Below are positions 39,301-54,000 of a stretch of DNA of 64,000 nt, in pieces. The stretch's first letter is position 1. Each line of letters opens with the position of its first letter. The stretch comes from Camelus dromedarius (lineage: Eukaryota). The stretch covers positions 496,001 through 560,000 of the forward strand of contig NC_087436.1 of the NCBI RefSeq assembly GCF_036321535.1, written 5' to 3'. The notes under the pieces are model-generated. The model was not told where the DNA came from. It ran no database searches and worked only from the letters and a program-made list of their open reading frames with translations. The position numbers and the translations under genes are program-made.

Positions 39301-42300
39301 AGTGGAGAGACGTTCGTTCATCTAGCACCAAGGGAACGTGTTGCAGGAGACACTTTTTCTCTGCTTCCTCAGTCTGTTTCCTAGTGCCGGTTAGAATTTC
39401 CTGCAGTTTTCACTGCAAAACCGAGTTGGAGCTTGTACCTCCCCATATATATGTATGGAATGGAGTTGGCAACTGGAAAGAAACTTTGTGTTCCCAACAA
39501 GCTAGGTGAAGGACGGCTTTCACACACACTTATCTCTCAGAAAAGAGCAAGTGGAGAGACGTTCGTTCATCTAGCACCAAGGGAACGGGTTGCAGGAGTC
39601 ACTTTTTCTCTGCTTTCTCAGTCTGTTTCCTAGTGCCGTTTTGAAGTTCCTGCAGATTTCACTGTCAAACCGAGTTGGAGCTAGTACCTCCCCATATATA
39701 TGTATGGAATGGAGTTTGCAACTGAAAAGAAACTGTGTTCCCAACAAGCTAGTTGAAGGACGGCTTTCACACGCACATATCTCTCAGAACTGAGCAAGTG
39801 GAGAGACGTTCGTTCATCTAGCACCAAGGGAACGGGTTGCAGGAGACACTTTTTCTCTGCTTCCTCAGTCTGTTTCCTAGTGCCGGTTTGAAGTTCCTGC
39901 AGTTTTCACTGTCAAACCGAGTTGGAGCTTCTACCTCCCCATATATATGTATGGAATGGAGTTTGCAACTGAAAAGAAACTTTGTGTTCCCAACAAGCTA
40001 GGTGAAGGACGGCTTTCACACACACTTATCTCTCAGAACTGAGCAAGTGGAGAGACGTTCGTTCATCTAGCACCAAGGGAACGGGTTGCAGGAGACACTT
40101 TTTCTCTGCTTTCTCAGTCTGTTTCCTAGTGCCGGTTTGAAGTTCCTGCAGTTTTCACTGTCAAACCGTGTTGGAGCTAGTACCTCCCCATATATATGTA
40201 TGGAATGGAGTTGGCAACAGAAAAGAAACTTTGTGTTCCAAACAAGCTAGTTGAAGGACGGCTTTCACACACACATATCTCTCAGAACTGAGCAAGTGGA
40301 GAGACGTTCGTTCATCTAGCACCAAGGGAACGGGTTGCAGGAGACACTTTTTCTCTGCTTCCTCAGTCTGTTTCCTAGTGCCGGTTTGAAGTTCCTGCAG
40401 TTTTCACTGTCAAACCGTGTTGGAGCTAGTACCTCCCCATATATATGTATGGAATGGAGTTGGCAACAGAAAAGAAACTTTGTGTTCCAAACAAGCTAGT
40501 TGAAGGACGGCTTTCACACACACATATATCTCAGAACTGAGCAAGTGGAGAGACGTTCGTTCATCTAGCACCAAGGGAACGGGTTGCAGGAGACACTTTT
40601 TCTCTGCTTCCTCAGTCTGTTTCCTAGTGCCGGTTTGAAGTTCCTGCAGTTTTCACTGTAAAACCGAGTTGGAGCTTGTACCTCCCCATATATATGTATG
40701 GAATGGAGTTTGCAACTGAAAAGAAACTTTGTGTTCCCAACAAGCTAGGTGAAGGACGGCTTTCACACACACGTATCTCTCAGAACTGAGCAAGTGTAGA
40801 GACGTTCGTTCATCCAGCACCAAGGGAACGGGTTGCAGGAGACACTTTTTCTCTGCTTTCTCAGTCTGTTTCCTAGTGCCGGTTTGAAGTTCCTGCAGTT
40901 ATCACTGTAAAACAGAGTTGGAGCTTGTACCTACCCATATATACGTATGGAATGGAGTTTGCAACTGAAAAGAAACTTTGTGTTCCCAAAAAGCTAGGTG
41001 AAGAACGGCTTTCACACACACTTATCTCTCAGAACTGAGCAAGTGGAGAGACGTTCGTTCATCTAGCACCAAGGGAACGGGTTGCAGGAGACACTTTTTC
41101 TCTGTTTTCTCAGTCTGTTTCCTAGTGCCGGTTTGAAGTTCCTGCAGTTTTCACTGTGAAATCGAGTTGGAGCTTCTACCTCCCCATATATATGTATGGA
41201 ATGGAGTTTGCAACTGAAAAGAAACTTTGTGTTCCCAACAAGCTAGGTGAAGGACGGCTTTCACACACACTTATCTCTCCGAACCGAGCAAGTGGAGAGA
41301 CGTTCGTTCATCTAGCACCAAGTGAACGGGTTGCAGGAGACACTTTTTCTCTGCTTTCTCAGTCTGTTTCCTAGTGCCGGTTTGATGTTCCTGCAGTTTT
41401 CACTGTCAAACCGAGTTGGAGCTAGTTCCTCCCATATATATGTATGGAATGGAGTTTGCAACTGAAAAGAAACTTTGTGTTCCCAACAAGCTAGGTGAAG
41501 GACGGCTTTCACACACACTTATCTCTCAGAACTGAGCAAGTGGAGAGACGTTCGTTCATGTAGCACCAAGGGAACGGGTTGCAGGAGACACTTTTTCTCT
41601 GCTTTCTCAGTCTGTTTCCTAGTGCCGTTTTGAAGTTCCTGCAGTTTTCACTGTAAAACCGTGTTGGAGCTAGTACCTCCCCATATATATGTATGGAATG
41701 GAGTTTGCAACTGAAAAGAAACTTTGTGTTCCCAACAAGCTAGGTGAAGGTCGGCTTTCACACACACTTATTTCCCAGAACTGAGCAAGTGGAGAGACGT
41801 TCGTTCATCTAGCACCAAGGAAACGGGTTGCAGGAGACACTTTTTCTCTGCTTTCTCTGTCTGTTTCCTAGTGCCGGTATGAAGTTCCTGCAGTTTTCAC
41901 TGTCAAACCGAGTTGGAGCTTCTACCTCCCCATATATATGTATGGAATGGAGATTGCAACTGAAAAGAAACTTTGTGTTCCCAACAAGATAGGTGAAGGA
42001 CCCCTTTCACACACACTTATCTCTCAGAAATGAGCAAGTGGAGAGACGTTCGTTCATCTAGCACCAAGGGAACGGGTTGCAGGAGACACTTTTTCTCTAC
42101 TTTCTCAGTCTGTTTCCTAGTGCCGGTTTGAAGTTCCTGCAGTTTTCACTGTCAAACAGAGTTGGAGCTAGTACCTCCCCATATATATGTATGGAATGGA
42201 GTTTGCAACTGAAAAGAAACTTTGTGTTCCCAACAAGCTAGGTGAAGGACGGCTTTCACACACACTTATCTCTCAGAACAGAGCAAGTGGAGAGACGTTC

Positions 42301-42780
42301 GTTCATCTAGCACCAAGGGAACGGGTTGCAGGAGTCACTTTTCTCTGCTTTCTCAGTCTGTTTCCTAGTGCCGTTTTGAAGTTCCTGCAGTTTTCACTGT
42401 CAAACCGAGTTGGAGCTAGTACCTCCCCATATATACGTATGGAATGGAGTTTGCAACTGAAAAGAAACTGTGTTCCCAACAAGCTAGGTGAAGGACGGCT
42501 TTCACACGCACATATCTCTCAGAACTGAGCAAGTGGAGAGACGTTCGTTCATCTAGCACCAAGGGAACGTGTTGCAGGAGACACTTTTTCTCTGCTTCCT
42601 CAGTCTGTTTCCTAGTGCCGGTTTGATGTTCCTGCAGTTTTCACTGTCAAACCGAGTTGGAGCTAGTACCTCCCATATATATGTATGGAATGGAGTTTGC
42701 AACTGAAAAGAAACTTTGTGTTCCCAACAAGCTAGGTGAAGGACGGCTTTCACACACACTTATCTCTCAGAACTGAGCAA
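30350..42780 (+). repeat. Higher-order block 3: variable-length repeat with a 12-mer core and 15- and 14-mer variants
   Basis: ORFs at 31117, 34102, 37831 and 41312 are offset by 2985, 3729 and 3481. The marker 'cacgtatc...aagtgtagag...catccagc' occurs at ~30577, 33561, 37290 and 40771. Confidence 0.88.
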
Positions 42781-45700
42781 GTGGAGAGACGTTCGTTCAT
42801 GTAGCACCAAGGGAACGGGTTGCAGGAGACACTTTTTCTCTGCTTTCTCAGTCTGTTTCCTAGTGCCGATTTGAAGTTCCTGCAGTTTTCACTGTAAAAC
42901 CGAGTTGGAGCTAGTACCTCCCCATATATATGTATGGAATGGAGTTTGAAACTGAAAAGAAACTTTGTGTTCCCAACAAGCTAGGTGAAGGACGGCTTTC
43001 ACACGCACTTATTTCCCAGAACTGAGCAAGTGGAGAGACGTTCGTTCATCTAGCACCAAGGAAACGGGTTGCAGGAGACACTTTTTCTCTGCTTTCTCTG
43101 TCTGTTTCCTAGTGCCGGTATGAAGTTCCTGCAGTTTTCAATGTAAAACCGAGTTGGAGCTTGTACCTCCCCATATATATGTATGGAATGGAGTTTGCAA
43201 CTGAAAAGAAACTTTGTGTTCCCAACAAGCTAGGTGAAGAACGGCTTTCACACACACTTATCTCTCAGAACTGAGCAAGTGGAGAGACGTTCGTTCATCT
43301 AGCACCAAGGGAACGGGTTGCAGGGGACACTTTTTCTCTGCTTTCTCAGTCTGTTTCCTAGTGCCGGTTTGAAGTTCCTGCAGTTTTCACTGTCAAACCG
43401 AGTTGGAGCTTCACCTCCCCATATATATGTATGGAATGGAGATTGCAACTGAAAAGAAACTTTGTGTTCCCAACAAGATAGGTGAAGGACGGCTTTCACA
43501 CACACTTATCTCTCAGAAATGAGCAAGTGGAGAGACGTTCGTTCATCTAGCACCAAGGGAACGGGTTGCAGGAGACACTTTTTCTCTGCTTTCTCAGTCT
43601 GTTTCCTAGTGCCGGTTTGAAGTTCCTGCAGTTTTCACTGTCAAACCGAGTTGGAGCTAGTACCTAGCCATATATATGTATGGAATGGAGTTTGCAACTG
43701 AAAAGAAACTTTGTGTTCCCAACAAGCTAGGTGAAGGACGGCTTTCACACACACTTATCTCTCAGAACAGAGCAAGTGGAGAGACGTTCGTTCATCTAGC
43801 ACCAAGGGAACGGGTTGCAGGAGTCACTTTTTCTCTGCTTTCTCAGTCTGTTTCCTAGTGCCGGTTTGAAGTTCCTGCAGTTTTCACTGTGAAATCGAGT
43901 TGGAGCTAGTACCTCCCCGTATATATGTATGGAATGGAGTTTGCAACTGAAAAGAAACTTTGTGTTCCCAACAAGCTAGGTGAAGGACGGCTTTCACACA
44001 CACTTATCTCTCAGAACCGAGCAAGTGGAGAGACGTTCGTTCATCTAGCACCAAGGGAACGGGTTGCAGGAGACACTTTTTCTCTGCTTCCTCAGTCTGT
44101 TTCCTAGTGCCGGTTTGAAGTTCCTGCAGTTTTCACTGTCAATCCGAGTTGGAGCTAGTACCTCCCCATATATATGTATGGAATGGAGTTTGCAACTGAA
44201 AAGAAACTTTGTGTTCCCAACAAGCTAGGTGAAGGACGGCTTTCACACACACTTATCTCTCAGAACTGAGCAAGTGGAGAGACGTTCGTTCATGTAGCAC
44301 CAAGGGAACGGGTTGCAGGAGACACTTTTTCTCTGCTTTCTCAGTCTGTTTCCTAGTGCCGATTTGAAGTTCCTGCAGTTTTCACTGTAAAACCGTGTTG
44401 GAGCTAGTACCTCCCCATATATATGTATGGAATGGAGTTTGCAACTGAAAAGAAACTTTGTGTTCCCAACAAGCTAGGTGAAGGACGGTTTTCACACACA
44501 CTTATTTCCCAGAACTGAGCAAGTGGAGAGACGTTCGTTCATCTAGCACCAAGGAAACGGGTTGCAGGAGACACTTTTTCTCTGCTTTCTCTGTCTGTTT
44601 CCTAGTGCCGGTATGAAGTTCCTGCAGTTTTCACTGTAAAACCGAGTTGGAGCTTGTACCTCCCCATATATATGTATGGAATGGAGTTTGCAACTGAAAA
44701 GAAACTTTGTGTTCCCAACAAGCTAGGTGAAGGACGGCTTTCACACACACTTATCTCTCAGAACTGAGCAAGTGGAGAGACGTTCGTTCATCTAGCACCA
44801 AGGGAACGGGTTGCAGGGGACACTTTTTCTCTGCTTTCTCAGTCTGTTTCCTAGTGCCGGTTTGAAGTTCCTGCAGTTTTCACTGTCAAACCGAGTTGGA
44901 GCTTCTACCTCCCCATATATATGTATGGAATGGAGATTGCAACTGAAAAGAAACTTTGTGTTCCCAACAAGATAGGTGAAGGACGGCTTTCACACACACT
45001 TATCTCTCAGAAATGAGCAAGTGGAGAGACGTTCGTTCATCTAGCACCAAGGGAACGGGTTGCAGGAGACACTTTTTCTCTGCTTTCTCAGTCTGTTTCC
45101 TAGTGCCGGTTTGAAGTTCCTGCAGTTTTCACTGTCAAACCGAGTTGGAGCTAGTACCTCCCCATATATATGTATGGAATGGAGTTTGCAACTGAAAAGA
45201 AACTTTGTGTTCCCAACAAGCTAGGTGAAGGACGGCTTTCACACACACTTATCTCTCAGAACAGAGCAAGTGGAGAGACGTTCGTTCATCTAGCACCAAG
45301 GGAACGGGTTGCAGGAGACACTTTTTCTCTGCTTTCTCAGTCTGTTTCCTAGTGCCGGTTTGAAGTTCCTGCAGTTTTCACTGTCAAACCGAGTTGGAGC
45401 TAGTACCTCCCCATATATATGTATGGAATGGAGTTTGCAACTGAAAAGAAACTTTGTGTTCCCAACAAGCTAGGTGAAGGACGGCTTTCACACACACTTA
45501 TCTCTCAGAACAGAGCAAGTGGAGAGACGTTCGTTCATCTAGCACCAAGGGAACGGGTTGCAGGAGTCACTTTTTCTCTGCTTTCTCAGTCTGTTTCCTA
45601 GTGCCGTTTTGAAGTTCCTGCAGTTTTCACTGTCAAACCGAGTTGGAGCTAGTACCTCCCCATATATATGTATGGAATGGAGTTTGCAACTGAAAAGAAA

Positions 45701-48700
45701 CTGTGTTCCCAACAAGCTAGGTGAAGGACGGCTTTCACACGCACATATCTCTCAGAACTGAGCAAGTGGAGAGACGTTCGTTCATGTAGCACCAAGGGAA
45801 CGTGTTGCAGGAGACACTTTTTCTCTGCTTCCTCAGTCTGTTTCCTAGTGCCGGTTTGATGTTCCTGCAGTTTTCACTGTCAAACCGAGTTGGAGCTAGT
45901 ACCTCCCATATATATGTATGGAATGGAGTTTGCAACTGAAAAGAAACTTTGTGTTCCCAACAAGCTAGGTGAAGGACGGCTTTCACACACACTTATCTCT
46001 CAGAACTGAGCAAGTGGAGAGACGTTCGTTCATGTAGCACCAAGGGATCGGGTTGCAGGAGACACTTTTTCTCTGCTTTCTCAGTCTGTTTCCTAGTGCC
46101 GATTTGAAGTTCCTGCAGTTTTCACTGTAAAACCGAGTTGGAGCTAGTACCTCCCCATATATATGTATGGAATGGAGTTTGAAACTGAAAAGAAACTTTG
46201 TGTTCCCAACAAGCTAGGTGAAGGACGGCTTTCACACGCACTTATTTCCCAGAACTGAGCAAGTGGAGAGACGTTCGTTCATCTAGCACCAAGGAAACGG
46301 GTTGCAGGAGACACTTTTTCTCTGCTTTCTCTGTCTGTTTCCTAGTGCCGGTATGAAGTTCCTGCAGTTTTCACTGTAAAACCGAGTTGGAGCTTGTACC
46401 TCCCCATATATATGTATGGAATGGAGTTTGCAACTGAAAAGAAACTTTGTGTTCCCAACAAGCTAGGTGAAGAACGGCTTTCACACACACTTATCTCTCA
46501 GAACTGAGCAAGTGGAGAGACGTTCGTTCATCTAGCACCAAGGGAACGGGTTGCAGGGGACACTTTTTCTCTGCTTTCTCAGTCTGTTTCCTAGTGCCGG
46601 TTTGAAGTTCCTGCAGTTTTCACTGTCAAACCGAGTTGGAGCTTCTACCTCCCCATATATATGTATGGAATGGAGATTGCAACTGAAAAGAAACTTTGTG
46701 TTCCCAACAAGATAGGTGAAGGACGGCTTTCACACACACTTATCTCTCAGAAATGAGCAAGTGGAGAGACGTTCGTTCATGTAGCACCAAGGGAACGGGT
46801 TGCAGGAGACACTTTTTCTCTGCTTTCTCAGTCTGTTTCCTAGTGCCGATTTGAAGTTCCTGCAGTTTTCACTGTAAAACCGAGTTGGAGCTAGTACCTC
46901 CCCATATATATGTATGGAATGGAGTTTGAAACTGAAAAGAAACTTTGTGTTCCCAACAAGCTAGGTGAAGGACGGCTTTCACACGCACTTATTTCCCAAA
47001 ACTGAGCAAGTGGAGAGACGTTCGTTCATCTAGCACCAAGGAAACGGGTTGCAGGAGACACTTTTTCTCTGCTTTCTCTGTCTGTTTCCTAGTGCCGGTA
47101 TGAAGTTCCTGCAGTTTTCAATGTAAAACCGAGTTGGAGCTTGTACCTCCCCATATATATGTATGGAATGGAGTTTGCAACTGAAAAGAAACTTTGTGTT
47201 CCCAACAAGCTAGGTGAAGAACGGCTTTCACACACACTTATCTCTCAGAACTGAGCAAGTGGAGAGACGTTCGTTCATCTAGCACCAAGGGAACGGGTTG
47301 CAGGGGACACTTTTTCTCTGCTTTCTCAGTCTGTTTCCTAGTGCCGGTTTGAAGTTCCTGCAGTTTTCACTGTCAAACCGAGTTGGAGCTTCACCTCCCC
47401 ATATATATGTATGGAATGGAGATTGCAACTGAAAAGAAACTTTGTGTTCCCAACAAGATAGGTGAAGGACGGCTTTCACACACACTTATCTCTCAGAAAT
47501 GAGCAAGTGGAGAGACGTTCGTTCATCTAGCACCAAGGGAACGGGTTGCAGGAGACACTTTTTCTCTGCTTTCTCAGTCTGTTTCCTAGTGCCGGTTTGA
47601 AGTTCCTGCAGTTTTCACTGTCAAACCGAGTTGGAGCTAGTACCTAGCCATATATATGTATGGAATGGAGTTTGCAACTGAAAAGAAACTTTGTGTTCCC
47701 AACAAGCTAGGTGAAGGACGGCTTTCACACACACTTATCTCTCAGAACAGAGCAAGTGGAGAGACGTTCGTTCATCTAGCACCAAGGGAACGGGTTGCAG
47801 GAGTCACTTTTTCTCTGCTTTCTCAGTCTGTTTCCTAGTGCCGGTTTGAAGTTCCTGCAGTTTTCACTGTGAAATCGAGTTGGAGCTAGTACCTCCCCGT
47901 ATATATGTATGGAATGGAGTTTGCAACTGAAAAGAAACTTTGTGTTCCCAACAAGCTAGGTGAAGGACGGCTTTCACACACACTTATCTCTCAGAACCGA
48001 GCAAGTGGAGAGACGTTCGTTCATCTAGCACCAAGGGAACGGGTTGCAGGAGACACTTTTTCTCTGCTTCCTCAGTCTGTTTCCTAGTGCCGGTTTGAAG
48101 TTCCTGCAGTTTTCACTGTCAATCCGAGTTGGAGCTAGTACCTCCCCATATATATGTATGGAATGGAGTTTGCAACTGAAAAGAAACTTTGTGTTCCCAA
48201 CAAGCTAGGTGAAGGACGGCTTTCACACACACTTATCTCTCAGAACTGAGCAAGTGGAGAGACGTTCGTTCATGTAGCACCAAGGGAACGGGTTGCAGGA
48301 GACACTTTTTCTCTGCTTTCTCAGTCTGTTTCCTAGTGCCGATTTGAAGTTCCTGCAGTTTTCACTGTAAAACCGTGTTGGAGCTAGTACCTCCCCATAT
48401 ATATGTATGGAATGGAGTTTGCAACTGAAAAGAAACTTTGTGTTCCCAACAAGCTAGGTGAAGGACGGTTTTCACACACACTTATTTCCCAGAACTGAGC
48501 AAGTGGAGAGACGTTCGTTCATCTAGCACCAAGGAAACGGGTTGCAGGAGACACTTTTTCTCTGCTTTCTCTGTCTGTTTCCTAGTGCCGGTATGAAGTT
48601 CCTGCAGTTTTCACTGTAAAACCGAGTTGGAGCTTGTACCTCCCCATATATATGTATGGAATGGAGTTTGCAACTGAAAAGAAACTTTGTGTTCCCAACA

Positions 48701-50740
48701 AGCTAGGTGAAGGACGGCTTTCACACACACTTATCTCTCAGAACTGAGCAAGTGGAGAGACGTTCGTTCATCTAGCACCAAGGGAACGGGTTGCAGGGGA
48801 CACTTTTTCTCTGCTTTCTCAGTCTGTTTCCTAGTGCCGGTTTGAAGTTCCTGCAGTTTTCACTGTCAAACCGAGTTGGAGCTTCTACCTCCCCATATAT
48901 ATGTATGGAATGGAGATTGCAACTGAAAAGAAACTTTGTGTTCCCAACAAGATAGGTGAAGGACGGCTTTCACACACACTTATCTCTCAGAAATGAGCAA
49001 GTGGAGAGACGTTCGTTCATCTAGCACCAAGGGAACGGGTTGCAGGAGACACTTTTTCTCTGCTTTCTCAGTCTGTTTCCTAGTGCCGGTTTGAAGTTCC
49101 TGCAGTTTTCACTGTCAAACCGAGTTGGAGCTAGTACCTCCCCATATATATGTATGGAATGGAGTTTGCAACTGAAAAGAAACTTTGTGTTCCCAACAAG
49201 CTAGGTGAAGGACGGCTTTCACACACACTTATCTCTCAGAACAGAGCAAGTGGAGAGACGTTCGTTCATCTAGCACCAAGGGAACGGGTTGCAGGAGACA
49301 CTTTTTCTCTGCTTTCTCAGTCTGTTTCCTAGTGCCGGTTTGAAGTTCCTGCAGTTTTCACTGTCAAACCGAGTTGGAGCTAGTACCTCCCCATATATAT
49401 GTATGGAATGGAGTTTGCAACTGAAAAGAAACTTTGTGTTCCCAACAAGCTAGGTGAAGGACGGCTTTCACACACACTTATCTCTCAGAACAGAGCAAGT
49501 GGAGAGACGTTCGTTCATCTAGCACCAAGGGAACGGGTTGCAGGAGTCACTTTTTCTCTGCTTTCTCAGTCTGTTTCCTAGTGCCGTTTTGAAGTTCCTG
49601 CAGTTTTCACTGTCAAACCGAGTTGGAGCTAGTACCTCCCCATATATATGTATGGAATGGAGTTTGCAACTGAAAAGAAACTGTGTTCCCAACAAGCTAG
49701 GTGAAGGACGGCTTTCACACGCACATATCTCTCAGAACTGAGCAAGTGGAGAGACGTTCGTTCATGTAGCACCAAGGGAACGTGTTGCAGGAGACACTTT
49801 TTCTCTGCTTCCTCAGTCTGTTTCCTAGTGCCGGTTTGATGTTCCTGCAGTTTTCACTGTCAAACCGAGTTGGAGCTAGTACCTCCCATATATATGTATG
49901 GAATGGAGTTTGCAACTGAAAAGAAACTTTGTGTTCCCAACAAGCTAGGTGAAGGACGGCTTTCACACACACTTATCTCTCAGAACTGAGCAAGTGGAGA
50001 GACGTTCGTTCATGTAGCACCAAGGGATCGGGTTGCAGGAGACACTTTTTCTCTGCTTTCTCAGTCTGTTTCCTAGTGCCGATTTGAAGTTCCTGCAGTT
50101 TTCACTGTAAAACCGAGTTGGAGCTAGTACCTCCCCATATATATGTATGGAATGGAGTTTGAAACTGAAAAGAAACTTTGTGTTCCCAACAAGCTAGGTG
50201 AAGGACGGCTTTCACACGCACTTATTTCCCAGAACTGAGCAAGTGGAGAGACGTTCGTTCATCTAGCACCAAGGAAACGGGTTGCAGGAGACACTTTTTC
50301 TCTGCTTTCTCTGTCTGTTTCCTAGTGCCGGTATGAAGTTCCTGCAGTTTTCACTGTAAAACCGAGTTGGAGCTTGTACCTCCCCATATATATGTATGGA
50401 ATGGAGTTTGCAACTGAAAAGAAACTTTGTGTTCCCAACAAGCTAGGTGAAGAACGGCTTTCACACACACTTATCTCTCAGAACTGAGCAAGTGGAGAGA
50501 CGTTCGTTCATCTAGCACCAAGGGAACGGGTTGCAGGGGACACTTTTTCTCTGCTTTCTCAGTCTGTTTCCTAGTGCCGGTTTGAAGTTCCTGCAGTTTT
50601 CACTGTCAAACCGAGTTGGAGCTTCTACCTCCCCATATATATGTATGGAATGGAGATTGCAACTGAAAAGAAACTTTGTGTTCCCAACAAGATAGGTGAA
50701 GGACGGCTTTCACACACACTTATCTCTCAGAAATGAGCAA
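42780..50740 (+). repeat. Higher-order block 4: near-perfect 16-mer tandem duplication (3980 bp x 2)
   Basis: ORF pairs 43299/47279, 43676/47656, 43925/47905, 45170/49150, 45558/49538 and 45735/49715 are offset by 3980. Private markers 'tacctagcca' (43661/47641) and 'gggatcgg' (~46044/50024) share that offset. Confidence 0.94.
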
Positions 50741-51099
50741 GTGGAGAGACGTTCGTTCATCTAGCACCAAGGGAACGGGTTGCAGGAGACACTTTTTCTC
50801 TGCTTTCTCAGTCTGTTTCCTAGTGCCGGTTTGAAGTTCCTGCAGTTTTCACTGTCAAACCGAGTTGGAGCTAGTACCTCCCCATATATATGTATGGAAT
50901 GGAGTTTGCAACTGAAAAGAAACTTTGTGTTCCCAACAAGCTAGGTGAAGGACGGCTTTCACACACACTTATCTCTCAGAACAGAGCAAGTGGAGAGACG
51001 TTCGTTCATCTAGCACCAAGGGAACGGGTTGCAGGAGTCACTTTTTCTCTGCTTTCTCAGTCTGTTTCCTAGTGCCGGTTTGAAGTTCCTGCAGTTTTC

Positions 51100-54000
51100 A
51101 CTGTCAATCCGAGTTGGAGCTAGTACCTCCCCGTATATATGTATGGAATGGAGTTTGCAACTGAAAAGAAACTTTGTGTTCCCAACAAGCTAGGTGAAGG
51201 ACGGCTTTCACACACATTTATCTCTCAGAACTGAGCAAGTGGAGAGACGTTCGTTCATGTAGCACCAAGGGAACGGGTAGCAGGAGACACTATTTCTCTG
51301 CTTTCTCAGTCTGTTTCCTTGTGCCGGTTAGAAGTTCCTGCAGTTTTCACTGTCAAACCGTGTTGGAGCTAGTACCTCCCCATATATATGTATGGAATGG
51401 AGTTTGCAACTGAAAAGAAACTTTGTGTTCCCAACAAGCTAGGTGAAGGACGGCTTTCACACACACATATCTCTCAGAACTGAGCAAGTGGAGAGACGTT
51501 CGTTCATCTAGCACCAAGGGAACGGGTTGCAGGAGACACTTTTTCTCTGCTTTCTCAGTCTGTTTCCTAGTGCCGGTTTGAAGTTCCTGCAGTTTTCACT
51601 GTCAAACCGAGTTGGAGCTAGTACCTCCCCATATATATGTATGGATTGGAGTTGGCAACTGAAAAGAAACTTTGTGTTCCAAACAAGCTAGTTGAAGGAC
51701 GGCTTTCACACACACATATCTCTCAGAACTGAGCAAGTGGAGAGACGTTCGTTCATCTAGCACCAAGGGAACGGGTTGCAGGAGACACTTTTTCTCTGCT
51801 TTCTCAGTCTGTTTCCTAGTGCCGGTTTGAAGTTCCTGCAGTTTTCACTGTAAAACCGAGTTGGAGCTAGTACCTCCCCATATATATGTATGGATTGGAG
51901 TTGGCAACTGAAAAGAAACTCTGTGTTCCCAACAAGCTAGGTGAAGGACGGCTTTCACACACACTTATCTCTCAGAACTGAGCAAGTGGAGAGACGTTCG
52001 TTCATCTAGCACCAAGGGAACGGGTTGCAGGAGACACTTTTTCTCTGCTTCCTCAGTCTGTTTCCTAGTGCCGGTTTGAAGTTCCTGCAGTTTTCACTGT
52101 GAATTCGAGTTGGAGCTTCTACCTACCCATATATATGTATGGAATGGAGTTTGCAACTGAAAAGAAACTCTGTGTTCCCAACAAGCTAGGTGAAGGACGG
52201 CTTTCACACACACTTATCTCTCAGAACTGAGCAAGTGGAGAGACGTTCGTTCATCTAGCACCAAGGGAACGGGTTGCAGGAGACACTTTTTCTCTGTTTT
52301 CTCAGTCTGTTTCCTAGTGCCGGTTTGAAGTTCCTGCAGTTTTCACTGTGAATTCGAGTTGGAGTTTCTACCGCCCCATATATATGTATGGAATGGAGTT
52401 TGCAACTGAAAAGTAACTTTGTGTTCCCTACAAGCAAGGTGAAGGACGGCTTTCACACACACTTATCTTTCAGAACTGAGCAAGTGGAGAGACGTTCGTT
52501 CATCTAGCACCAAGTGAACGGGTTGCAGGAGACACTTTTTCTCTGCTTTCTCAGTCTGTTTCCTAGTGCCGGTTTTAAGTTCCTGCAGTTTTCACTGTAA
52601 AACCGTGTTGGAGTTTCTACCGCCCCATATATATGTATGGAATGGAGTTTGCAACTGAAAAGAAACTTTGTGTTCCCAACAAGCAAGGTGAAAGACGGCT
52701 TTCACACACACTTATCTCTCAGAACTGAGCAAGTGGAGAGACGTTCGTTCATGTAGCACCAAGGGAACGGGTTGGAGGAGACACTTTTTCTCTGCTTTCT
52801 CAGTCTTTTTCCTAGTGCCGGTTTGAAGTTCCTGCAGTTTTCACTGTCAAACCGTGTTGGAGCTAGTACCTCCCCGTATATATGTATGGAATGGAGTTGG
52901 CAACAGAAAAGAAACTTTGTGTTCCAAACAAGCTAGTTGAAGGACGGCTTTCACACACACATATATCTCAGAACTGAGCAAGTGGAGAGACGTTCGTTCA
53001 TCTAGCACCAAGGGAACGGGTTGCAGGAGACACTTTTTCTCTGTTTTCTCAGTCTGTTTCCTAGTGCCGGTTTGAAGTTCCTGCAGTTTTCACTGTGAAT
53101 TCGAGTTGGAGCTTCTACCTCCCCATAGATATGTATGGAATGGAGTTTGCAACTGAAAAGTAACTTTGTGTTCCCTACAAGCAAGGTGAAAGACGGCTTT
53201 CACACACACTTATCTTTCAGAACTGAGCAAGTGGAGAGACGTTCGTTCATCTAGCACCAAGGGAACGGGTTGCAGGAGACACTTTTTCTCTGCTTTCTCA
53301 GTCTGTTTCCTACTGCCGGTTTGAAGTTCCTGCAGTTTTCACTGTAAAACCGTGTTGGAGTTTCTACCGCCCCATATATATGTATGGAATGGAGTTTGCA
53401 ACTGAAAAGTAACTTTGTGTTCCCAACAAGCAAGGTGAAGGACGGTTTTCACACACACTTATCTCTCAGAACTGAGCAAGTGGAGAGACGTTCGTTCATC
53501 TAGCACCAAGTGAACGGGTTGGAGGAGACACTTTTTCTCAGCTTTCTCAGTCTGTTTCCTAGTGCCGGTTTTAAGTTCCTGCAGTTTTCACTGTAAAACA
53601 GAGTTGGAGCTAGTAATTCCCCATATATATGTATGGAATGGAGTTTGCAACTGAAAAGAAACTTTGTGTTTCCAACAAGCTAGTTGAAGGACGGCTTTCA
53701 CACACACTTATCTCTCAGAACTGAGCAAGTGGAGAGACGTTCGTTCATCTAGCACCAAGGGAACGGGTTGGAGGAGACACTTTTTCTCTGCTTTCTCAGT
53801 CTGTTTCCTAGTGCCGGTTTGAAGTTCCTGCAGTTTTCACTGTAAAACCGAGTTGGAGCTAGTACCTCCCCATATATATGTATGGATTGGAGTTGGCAAC
53901 TGAAAAGAAACTTTGTGTTCCAATCAAGCTAGTTGAAGGACGGCTTTCACACACACATATCTCTCAGAACTGAGCAAGTGGAGAGACGTTCGTTCATCTA

